DNA of 13,536 bases, from positions 1 through 13,536 of the forward strand of contig JAUSKK010000032.1 of the NCBI GenBank assembly GCA_030649345.1. The letters are read 5' to 3'. A program made the position numbers and the translations under genes. The stretch's first letter is position 1; every line of letters begins with the position of its first letter. Source of the DNA: Candidatus Iainarchaeum sp. (GTDB lineage Archaea; Iainarchaeota; Iainarchaeia; Iainarchaeales; 0-14-0-20-34-12). Below, piece by piece: positions 1 through 6,594 of the stretch. Below the pieces are notes generated by a model. The model saw only the letters and a program-made list of their open reading frames with translations. It was not told the origin of the DNA and did no database searches.

Positions 1-64
1 ATGATTGGAGGCCAGGGTGAAAAGTAAGCCTTTTTTATTATCTTCCATCTATGTATATGATTAT

Positions 65-139
65 AGCGGGGTGGGGCAGCCTGGAGTGCCCGTCGGGCTC
101 ATAACCCGAAGGTCAAAGGTTCAAATCCTTTCCCCGCTA
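65..139 (+). tRNA. tRNA-Met (anticodon CAT), initiator-type
   Basis: Hand-folded cloverleaf. Acceptor 65-71 AGCGGGG pairs with 132-138 CCCCGCT. D stem 74-77/88-91. Anticodon stem 93-97/105-109 with loop CTCATAA (CAT at 100-102). 5-nt variable loop. T stem 115-119/127-131 with loop TTCAAAT. Discriminator A139, no encoded CCA. The A1:U72 pair plus three consecutive G:C pairs closing the anticodon stem are the archaeal/eukaryal initiator signature. Elongator Met or a modified-CAT Ile2 tRNA cannot be strictly excluded from sequence alone. Confidence 0.9.
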
Positions 140-177
140 TAATAAACTAATTCTAAGAAAAATTGTACTAATTGAAA

Positions 178-488
178 CACTCACTAAGCATAGTTTACAT
201 CTTTTTTAATAAAAATCAACACACACCAGCTAATTTTTCGAAAAAATGCTTAAAAAGCAAAAATATAACAACTATCACCGGTTCAACAAATTAAAAGGTT
301 AAACTAATTCAGCCACTCACCAATAAAAAATAGGTTAAAAAAATAAAAATTGGTTAAATAGGGTAAACTCACCAGCAAAAAAGACATAAAAAAGAACAAC
401 TAAGCAAAACTTAGTAAGCTCACTAGAAAAAAATAGGTTAAAAAATCAAAAAGTTGTTAAAAAAAGAACTAAAAATTACACTCACCAG
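178..488. repeat. Iteron-rich A-skewed spacer: CTCAC(C/T)A and GGTTAAA short repeats plus a ~44-bp imperfect direct repeat
   Basis: CTCAC(C/T)A occurs at 180-186, 316-322, 368-374, 419-425 and 481-487 (last four spaced 52, 51, 62 bp), with degenerate TATCACC at 273-279. GGTTAAA occurs at 297-303, 333-339, 352-358 and 436-442, with variants at 361-367 and 454-460. Segment 315-358 aligns with 418-461 at about 36 of 44 positions. The plus strand is strongly A-rich throughout. Confidence 0.7.
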
Positions 489-506
489 TGTTTTTAAGTA
501 AATAAT

Positions 507-576
507 GGTAATTACCAGTAATTATTGTAATTAAATGTAATTACAGTAATTATTTAAAGTAATTACGACATAATTA
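507..576. repeat. Phased array of six exact GTAATTA(C) units plus one degenerate unit
   Basis: Exact GTAATTA at 508-514, 518-524, 527-533, 537-543, 546-552 and 559-565. Degenerate ATAATTA at 570-576. Start-to-start spacing is 10, 9, 10, 9, 13, 11 bp. Units 1, 4 and 6 extend to the 8-bp palindrome GTAATTAC, and 507-516 is the 10-bp palindrome GGTAATTACC. Confidence 0.85.
551..558 (+). promoter_or_regulatory. Candidate archaeal TATA box (TATTTAAA) for a leaderless transcript of ORF 581-1093
   Basis: The A/T octamer is centred about 26-27 nt upstream of the ATG at 581. No Shine-Dalgarno-like sequence lies between them. This matches the usual archaeal TATA-to-start-site distance if the mRNA is leaderless. 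It is flanked on both sides by GTAATTA units. Confidence 0.35.
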
Positions 577-580
577 ATAC

Positions 581-1093
581 ATGATATTCAAAACAATTGT
601 TAGAAAGTGTTTAAATGCATTAGATAGACTAAAAGAGTGGAGTAATGAAACAAAATACAAAGAGCCTAGAAAAAAGGTTGAAAATTCAGAAAACAAGCAA
701 GAACGGAGAATATTCTCCTTATGGGACTTTGTAGACTTCCAAAATGACACCCAAGCAGACCATTTAGTTAAAGTTGTTGGATTTGAAGAATTTGTAGATA
801 TGGATGAAATTCGAAGAAGAATAAGGGAAGTCTTGCAAATCGAATACAAGAATGAACGAAGCTTATACCCATACATCAAGACACTTGCAGACACAGGATT
901 CCTAGAAACCAGCAATGTAGGCGGAAGACGAAAATGGCGAAAACGAGAATTAATGTTTGAAATAGTAACTAAAAAAGAAGCAACACAAACTAAAGAAACT
1001 CAGATAGAAAAAACAATGGAGGAACCACACAAAATGTTGGAATTACGATGGTTAGAACAAAGACAAAATAAAACCAAAAAAATAGAAATATAG
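581..1093 (+). CDS. Hypothetical protein with PadR-like winged-helix DNA-binding region
   Basis: 170-aa ORF. The segment FVDMDEIRRRIREVLQIEYKNERSLYPYIKTLADTGFLETSNVGGRRKWRKRE resembles the PadR/MarR-type recognition helix plus wing (the xLYPxLkxLexxGfle ... RRK pattern). The competing antisense ORF 574-915 is Ser/Leu-rich and shadow-like. Confidence 0.6.
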   Translation: MIFKTIVRKCLNALDRLKEWSNETKYKEPRKKVENSENKQERRIFSLWDFVDFQNDTQADHLVKVVGFEEFVDMDEIRRRIREVLQIEYKNERSLYPYIKTLADTGFLETSNVGGRRKWRKRELMFEIVTKKEATQTKETQIEKTMEEPHKMLELRWLEQRQNKTKKIEI

Positions 1094-1111
1094 CAAAAAA
1101 ACTGAGAACAA

Positions 1112-1699
1112 CTAGTTTACTAAAACCAATTTTTGAAGACGATCATGCAATTCTTTAAATTTTTTAACTTTTTCAGAAGTTTGAAGTGCTGTCTTAAACC
1201 AGTCATCTGCAACAATCTTTTCAGAAGTAATTAGAATTTTTTTAATGTAATTTTTATCAGGATTTTCTAATGAAGTCAAATACGTTAAATCATCAAAAAT
1301 GCTTTTTTTAGAGCTTAATTTAGTACGTTCAATTAAGTGAAGAACAGACTCAACCACTAAATTTGAATTAACGTCTTTTTCATCCATATAATAGACAGCT
1401 TTCCAATTTCCTTTAACTTTCCAATTATGAGTAGGATTAATGCCTGTTTTAAAAAAAGAAGTTAATTTTTGAAACGCTGACTGAGGAATAATAACACAAT
1501 TTTTGCCTGTTCGAACATACGGAAAATTGGACAAAATTCCATCCCGAAAGTATTTGTATTGTTTGCCTGTGCCTTTGTTTACATTTTGAGTATACCCATA
1601 AATAGCTCTAAATAATTTTTGATATTCATAAGACGAGTGTTTTGTATTTTCAGGTAAAATGAATTTATATTGAATAAAATAACCACGCACCACCCCCAA
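1112..1699 (-). CDS. Hypothetical protein (no family recognised)
   Basis: 195-aa ORF. The listed start at 1699 is TTG, and in-frame GTG codons follow at 1693 and 1690. A GGGGTG Shine-Dalgarno-like block sits 7 nt upstream of the first GTG, so the true start is probably 1693. The next Met is residue 105. The N-terminal half shows an alternating strand/helix pattern and the C-terminal half looks helical. Confidence 0.55.
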   Translation of the reverse strand: MGVVRGYFIQYKFILPENTKHSSYEYQKLFRAIYGYTQNVNKGTGKQYKYFRDGILSNFPYVRTGKNCVIIPQSAFQKLTSFFKTGINPTHNWKVKGNWKAVYYMDEKDVNSNLVVESVLHLIERTKLSSKKSIFDDLTYLTSLENPDKNYIKKILITSEKIVADDWFKTALQTSEKVKKFKELHDRLQKLVLVN

Positions 1700-1805
1700 A
1701 CACCCCGCACTTCCACTAATAATAAATAACTAATAAATAAACTTTTTATGTATAAGTATAGTGTATAACTTTACAAATGATTTAAAAAGATAATTCTATT
1801 TTTCT

Positions 1806-1831
1806 AAAAAATAATAAAAAAAGAAAAAGAA
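1806..1831 (-). terminator. Oligo-T tract downstream of the PRC-barrel gene
   Basis: Read on the minus strand, the stop at 1839-1841 is followed by CTTTTTCTTTTTTTATTATTTTTT. Runs of T are the known archaeal intrinsic termination signal. Confidence 0.4.
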
Positions 1832-1838
1832 GAAGGTT

Positions 1839-2174
1839 TTACCTTCTTACACTGCTTTTAGGTCTGTAAAATCTTTGTCTAGCCGCAACTGTTGGTTCAA
1901 CGTCATCGGAAGGCATTTCATCATCATAAACTCTACTCATTTCCATATCTACAACCACAATATCTTTTGCGGACTTAACTTTTCGGTACGGAACACTTTT
2001 GTCGTTAATGATTTTTCTAGCCTCTTGCTTGGATTTGACCTTTAAAGGCTCCATAGTAATGGTTTCAATTCTACCTTTTTCTAAGTTTATAATTAAATCA
2101 TAAACTTTTCCTTTTCTTTCTCCTGTTGTTGTAAAAATATCCAAACCAAAAAGTTCGGAAAGTTTCATAGTCAT
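1839..2174 (-). CDS. PRC-barrel domain protein
   Basis: 111 aa. The N-terminus MKLSELFGLDIFTTTGERKGKVYDLIINLEKGRIETITMEP fits the archaeal PRC-barrel pattern (L-x-G-x-V-x3-G-x2-G-x-V-x-D ... G-x-I). The SD-like GGGGTGG lies 4 nt upstream of the ATG. Confidence 0.65.
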   Translation of the reverse strand: MTMKLSELFGLDIFTTTGERKGKVYDLIINLEKGRIETITMEPLKVKSKQEARKIINDKSVPYRKVKSAKDIVVVDMEMSRVYDDEMPSDDVEPTVAARQRFYRPKSSVRR

Positions 2175-2317
2175 TATTCCACCCCTATAACATAACTAAC
2201 TCTATGAAAAGCATGCTTCTGATTAAACCTGCTTTACTGTATTTAGAAGAACTTTTAACTATTTAAACATTTTGTTTTTATGTCGAAGATACTTTCAGAA
2301 TACTGGAAGTATGGGGG

Positions 2318-3151
2318 TTAGATTGAATCCAAAGGACTTTTCACTCGTTTTAATTCTTCAATGGAAACCTTAGTGTAAATTTGAGTTGTAGACAAATCAG
2401 CATGACCTAATAATTCCTGGATTTTTCGGATATTTTCTCCAGACTCCAATAAATGAGTTGCAAAAGCATGGCGTAAACTATGGGGTGTAATAAGCTTGGT
2501 TATTTTAGCACTAAAACAAGCTTTTTTGACAATTCGCTCAACTGTATCTGTAGATAACGGAGAACCATTCTTTTTAGTGAAAACATACTCTGATTTGGTC
2601 TTTTTGCCATTTAAATGATTTTTAATCTCTTTAATCCATTTTTCGGACAAAACAATCATTCGGTCTTTATTTCCTTTTCCACCCCTGACCATTCCAGTAT
2701 GATCTCCAAAAGACAAATCATTAATTTTCAAATTAACACATTCACTAACCCTAGCCCCAGTAGAGTACATAAACTCCAACATTAACCGATTTCGAGTATT
2801 GGATACAACACTAAACAAACGAGTTAATTCCTCTCTAGACAACACAATAGGCAGTTTTTTGGACTTTTTAGGACGCTTAATTTCCTCTAAACATTTGTTG
2901 TTTAAAACAGTCTTAAAGAAGAATTTAAGGGAAGAATACACTAAGGCTAAAGTAGAGCTATTTACTCCTGAATTGCGTTTTTTGGCCAAAAACCCAATTA
3001 CAATATCATGGTCAATTTGGGAAGAAGGGACGTTTAAGGTATCCAAAAACTCTCGAACATAGCCAGTGTACATGCTTAAAGTGCGTGCAGAATAGCCTGT
3101 AACGATTAATTCGTTTTTGAACTTAGCTAACAAAGCATCTTTTTCATCCAT
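2318..3151 (-). CDS. xerA: Tyrosine recombinase, XerA/XerC/XerD family
   Basis: 277 aa with an N-terminal SAM-like core-binding domain (TLSMYTGYVREFL). Catalytic motifs are present: ARVSE (box I Arg), GKGNKDR, HSLRHAFATHLL (H-x-x-R) and LLGHADLSTTQIYTKV (His/Tyr nucleophile). Size and architecture match the archaeal chromosome-dimer resolvase XerA. A mobile-element integrase of the same family cannot be excluded. Confidence 0.8.
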   Translation of the reverse strand: MDEKDALLAKFKNELIVTGYSARTLSMYTGYVREFLDTLNVPSSQIDHDIVIGFLAKKRNSGVNSSTLALVYSSLKFFFKTVLNNKCLEEIKRPKKSKKLPIVLSREELTRLFSVVSNTRNRLMLEFMYSTGARVSECVNLKINDLSFGDHTGMVRGGKGNKDRMIVLSEKWIKEIKNHLNGKKTKSEYVFTKKNGSPLSTDTVERIVKKACFSAKITKLITPHSLRHAFATHLLESGENIRKIQELLGHADLSTTQIYTKVSIEELKRVKSPLDSI

Positions 3152-3291
3152 ACTATTACAAAAGGGTTTTCCAGCAAATAAAGCTAACGGAAACCAACTA
3201 ACTAAAGCACGTTAAAACAGGAATTCAGATCTGTTTAAATAATGTTTTTGATAAGTATATGATATCTAATTTTCTTAATCTGTGTGTGGTG

Positions 3292-3435
3292 ATGTATATA
3301 GAGGCAACTGAAACAATGCGACTAAAGTTATTAAAAGAAGAACAAAAAATGAGATCTAAGCAACCTAAGCCTTGGACTGAAATAAAATATCGACGATATG
3401 CGAACTTTGGTAAAGCAAAGAAAACAGTTCTTTAA
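3292..3435 (+). CDS. Possible small basic protein (47 aa), unsupported by homology
   Basis: ATG at 3292, TAA at 3433-3435, translation MYIEATETMRLKLLKEEQKMRSKQPKPWTEIKYRRYANFGKAKKTVL. A TATA-like AAGTATATGA at 3254-3263 lies about 30 nt upstream. A long T-rich tract follows at 3503-3541. The ORF is below the length cutoff of the supplied ORF track. Confidence 0.25.
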   Translation: MYIEATETMRLKLLKEEQKMRSKQPKPWTEIKYRRYANFGKAKKTVL

Positions 3436-3502
3436 ACTAGTTTTAAGAAAAAAGCCCTTATACATAACGTTTTAGGAATAATAATCTTTCCAAAAGAAAC
3501 AA

Positions 3503-3541
3503 TTTTTTTCTTTTTCTATTTTCGTTTCTTGCCTTGTTTTT
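3503..3541 (+). terminator. Extended oligo-T tract (candidate archaeal terminator)
   Basis: The sequence TTTTTTTCTTTTTCTATTTTCGTTTCTTGCCTTGTTTTT on the plus strand lies about 70 nt after the micro-ORF stop. Confidence 0.3.
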
Positions 3542-3927
3542 CAAGAAACTACTCTATAGGTCATACTCCAATAACCCTAAAAACCCTAAAATGGTTCGAT
3601 AAGTAAACTTTTCCTGACTTATTTGGTTTGCTTTTGGTTCATTATTTGGCATAATTATTTGTTTTCCGAATGGTTTGTTTTAGGTGTCTGATTTGTTGGA
3701 AAAGTGATGAAATTTATTCCGTTGACTTAATTTTTCAGTTGACTTTTTGAAAAAGCCTGGTGTTAGGTAATTTTCTCAGAACCTAAAAATTAACCTAACT
3801 TATTCACTCAATAAAGTTCCTTTGTTTTTTCTTTGAATTTGTATGCAAAAGAGCTAATTACTCAAAATATTGGACAATGCTTGTTTTGAGCCAAACTGAA
3901 TTTAACGTATTTTTACCTTAGTTTGGA

Positions 3928-4767
3928 TTAGATCCGTGTTATTTTAGGTTTAGGGTTAGGCAGTTGGTCTAGTAAGTCTAAAACTTTAGGTTTTTCAGTT
4001 CCTAAACTTTTAGAATCTATGAGAATTTCAGTTACTGGCTCTTGGGTATTAACAATCATTTGACTTAGAAGGTCTTTTGTTAAGTAGGTTAAGCCATGTT
4101 TTGGGCAAACAAAGGCAATAGCGTAGTTTTTCTCTAAAACTAACTTATTGAATGAACTGCAATAATGGTTGCCTCCTAAAGCTATGGCAACCAACTTGTT
4201 TTGTTTTGAGGAATAATCCGTTTCCAGGATTGTTTGAGCAATAATTTGTCCTCCTAATGGATCTTGCCAAGCTGTTTCATTGGACCCAAGTTCTATGAAG
4301 ACTGAAGGCTTGGTTAGAAATGGACCGTGATGGGTGGCTTCCATAGTGATCTCGTAAGCCAAATTTTGACCATTTTTGGCTTTTTGAAGGGCTTTTAGAT
4401 AACTTGCTTGAATAATGGCTGAGGTTGGGCAGATTGTGTTTTCTTTTCCACCTAGTTGAGCTAGGCCGAAGTTTCCAATGGAATGAACTGTTAAGCTCGG
4501 AATTCCTTTAGCGCTGGCGTGTTTGGACGCAAAAACAAACAAATCAGCAGAAATTTTATTCACATAATCTGCAATTACTTGGAATTCATTAATCGTATAC
4601 AATTTAAAGTTTTGGAATTCAAGGCCAAATTTTTGGCTGTGAAATTCAAATACTGAATTCCCATCAAATTCTTCTTTAGTTTCCTTAAATTCAACTAATT
4701 CCAGTAAAGCTTGTTTAATGGTTAAACCAGCTAAATCTTGTTTGGATACAATAATTGCAATATGCAT
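3928..4767 (-). CDS. dtdA: D-aminoacyl-tRNA deacylase, archaeal type (DtdA)
   Basis: 279 aa. Family-typical blocks: MHIAIIVSKQDLAG at the N-terminus, FASKHASAKGIPSLTVHSIGNFG, MEATHHGP, VFIELGSNETAW and AIALGGNHY. Length and block order match archaeal DtdA. Confidence 0.8.
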   Translation of the reverse strand: MHIAIIVSKQDLAGLTIKQALLELVEFKETKEEFDGNSVFEFHSQKFGLEFQNFKLYTINEFQVIADYVNKISADLFVFASKHASAKGIPSLTVHSIGNFGLAQLGGKENTICPTSAIIQASYLKALQKAKNGQNLAYEITMEATHHGPFLTKPSVFIELGSNETAWQDPLGGQIIAQTILETDYSSKQNKLVAIALGGNHYCSSFNKLVLEKNYAIAFVCPKHGLTYLTKDLLSQMIVNTQEPVTEILIDSKSLGTEKPKVLDLLDQLPNPKPKITRI

Positions 4768-4781
4768 AGTATAGAAAACTA

Positions 4782-6080
4782 ATGCAAAACAAATTAAATG
4801 CAGGAATGCCTATAGTCTATATGCGATCGATGCGTAGAACTGTTGGTAGAGTTTCTTTTGGACAAGCAGCTAGAGAAATTCAACAACCAACTGGAAGACA
4901 TAAACGTTTGCCTTTTCAAACAACTCAAATGAAAGTTCCTGTTCAATTAATCAAAAAATTAGATCGAAAGCTTAGAACACGGTATAAGCCTCCTAGAAAA
5001 GGAAAGCCGGCTGAAACCAAGCTCCGAAATGCTGTTATATTCCAAAGAGAAGTTTTAGAACGCTTAAAAGGAGTTGGAAGAAAATTAAATGCTATTGAAT
5101 TGGTTGCGTCTTTAATTAGAGAACATGGTTTTGAAAAAGAAAATTTAATGCCTTTTTTAAATGCTGCATTGGCTTTAGAACGAGCAGTTCCAAGAAATGC
5201 ATTATTTGTTGGAACTATTGGGAATATGCTAAAATCCGTGAACAATGGATCTTTGCAAAAAATAGATTCCTTATTGCAACGAACACAACAACAATTGCAC
5301 ACTACTTCCAATATTGCTAGTGTAGTTATTCCAGGATTTTCCTCCATGATTGGAGTTGAACGAAAACAAGCACTAATTCAAGTGGCTGCAGCTTTAGGTG
5401 TATTGGAAGCCATGAAGCAAGTATCTCGAGAACCTTTACATCAAAACAAACAATTTACTTGGGTTAATTTTGATCACAGAACACAAGCACCCAAACCAAC
5501 ACATAATATTGGATATCGTGTTTTTACGAAACTAAAAGAAACTGGCCCAATTCACCAAACTGAGTTGGTTGCTCGATTAAATCTTCCATCTTCTCATGTA
5601 GTTAGTCAATTGGGCCACTTGGAAAAAGCAGGAGTGGTTCAAACTAAGTATGTTTCTGGTGTGAAAGGCAAAACAGGAGCTGTAAAAGAAACTAGACTAA
5701 CTCGGTTTGGTCAACAGTTGGCTACAGCTCAAGAAAAGGCTAGAACAATTTTGCCGGAAGTTAGAGAAATTTTAGTTGGAGAAAGAACAGGGAAACCCAG
5801 CAAAGCAGAAGAACGCACACGAGATCGAATTGCACGTTGGTTAACTATAGTGAATTTACGTCAAAAAACTGGTTGGGGTGAACGAAGAATTGCCCGAGAA
5901 CTTAAAATCCCTGTAAAATATGTGGTTGGAATTATACGCGAAGGAACCAAACCATACTCAGTAAGATCTGGCCCAGAATATTTTTTGACCCAAATTGAAT
6001 TACTGAAACGAAAAGACTTAACTCTCGGAAGGCAATTTGAAAAATACTGCAAAGAACAAGGCTTAATTCCAAAGAAATAA
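4782..6080 (+). CDS. Orphan multi-HTH DNA-binding protein (MarR/ArsR-like winged helix plus C-terminal HTH)
   Basis: 432-aa ORF. Residues ~243-310 (YRVFTKLKETGPIHQTELVARLNLPSSHVVSQLGHLEKAGVVQTKY...TRLTRFG) form a classic wHTH. Residues ~352-386 (RWLTIVNLRQKTGWGERRIARELKIPVKYVVGIIREG) look like a second HTH. The protein is rich in Arg/Gln, unlike its Lys/Asn/Ile-rich neighbours. The start is uncertain: ATGs at 4782, 4806, 4821, 4830 and 4929. The dtdA divergent promoter must overlap the first codons, and a TATA-like AGTATAGAAAA at 4768-4778 would favour 4806. Confidence 0.65.
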   Translation: MQNKLNAGMPIVYMRSMRRTVGRVSFGQAAREIQQPTGRHKRLPFQTTQMKVPVQLIKKLDRKLRTRYKPPRKGKPAETKLRNAVIFQREVLERLKGVGRKLNAIELVASLIREHGFEKENLMPFLNAALALERAVPRNALFVGTIGNMLKSVNNGSLQKIDSLLQRTQQQLHTTSNIASVVIPGFSSMIGVERKQALIQVAAALGVLEAMKQVSREPLHQNKQFTWVNFDHRTQAPKPTHNIGYRVFTKLKETGPIHQTELVARLNLPSSHVVSQLGHLEKAGVVQTKYVSGVKGKTGAVKETRLTRFGQQLATAQEKARTILPEVREILVGERTGKPSKAEERTRDRIARWLTIVNLRQKTGWGERRIARELKIPVKYVVGIIREGTKPYSVRSGPEYFLTQIELLKRKDLTLGRQFEKYCKEQGLIPKK

Positions 6081-6260
6081 CTACTTAAAATCGAATTTAG
6101 CTTGAAACAGAGTTTAAACGCATTATTTTGCCTGTTTTGATTTAATGCCTGAATGGGTTATCCCTAGCAGACTAAATAAATTCAAAGAAAGTGGTTTCAA
6201 AAACATTTTCCTAACTTTTTTCAATATTCACAAATTTTTTTAAAAAAATTTTTAAAAATA

Positions 6261-6289
6261 AAATTCCATCCAACACTATTTCTTGGACA
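6261..6289. repeat. Left arm of inverted repeat (AAATTCCATCCAACACTATTTCTTGGACA)
   Basis: The reverse complement of 6962-6986 is AAATTCCAGCACGATTTCTTGGACA. It aligns to 6261-6289 with 23 of 25 aligned positions identical plus one 4-nt indel. Confidence 0.8.
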
Positions 6290-6594
6290 AAGCGTTCGAA
6301 TTTTAAAAAAGAAAAATTAATTAACTTACAAAATAATATTTTTAGATTGAATATGCCTGAACCAAAAAAACGCGGAGAAATTGCAGAACAAACTACTGTA
6401 AGAATTCCATTTGAGCACTTAAGTGAAGCAGCAAAGCAATTAATTGGTGAAACATTGGATCTGGAATTCCAAATTTAGGTTATCGAATTAAATTTCCTTA
6501 AGAAATTCAGAAAGTACACGAATGATTAAAAGAAACGGTTAACAAACACGGAATTTTAAACACCAAATTTGAAGGGTATTATCCATTCAATTGG

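Noticed and set aside
1-27. ATGATTGGAGGCCAGGGTGAAAAGTAA at the left edge, possibly the last codons of an upstream plus-strand gene.
   Set aside because: Only 8 codons are visible, which is not enough to call. It could equally be non-coding DNA upstream of the tRNA promoter (T-rich TATA-like tract at about 33-41).
1703-1740. CCCCGC followed by TAATAATAAATAACTAAT resembles the tRNA 3' end and its flank (132-155), a possible second att site.
   Set aside because: The shared G/C core is only 6 nt and the rest is generic AT-rich sequence. The CCCCGC/CACCCC block is better explained as the complement of the GGGGTG Shine-Dalgarno region of ORF 1112-1699.
2171-2191. The 17-nt string TCATTATTCCACCCCTA at 2171-2187 also occurs at 8969-8985. 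The second copy carries a 10-bp internal duplication, so both leaders read GTTATAGGGG(AAATTAGGGG)TGGAATAATG on the minus strand.
   Set aside because: Both copies are the translation-initiation regions of minus-strand genes (PRC barrel and ORF 8613-8972). They are best explained as a strong shared Shine-Dalgarno/leader (GGGGTGG complementary to the 16S 3' end) rather than a mobile or regulatory repeat.
3240-3275. I looked near xerA for a dif-like site (two ~11-bp inverted arms around a 6-bp spacer), for example around TATATGATATCTAAT.
   Set aside because: The arms are not convincingly complementary, and I cannot recall an archaeal dif consensus reliably enough to claim a match.
3573-3590. Tandem AACCCTAAA x2, which resembles a plant-type telomere repeat.
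   Set aside because: There are only two units, inside an AT-rich prokaryotic-type intergenic region, with no further array. Most likely chance.
3704-3760. GTGATGA (C-box-like) raised the possibility of an archaeal C/D-box sRNA.
   Set aside because: No CTGA D or D' boxes and no second C' box are found at the required spacing in the following ~60 nt (only TTGA motifs). The same is true on the opposite strand.
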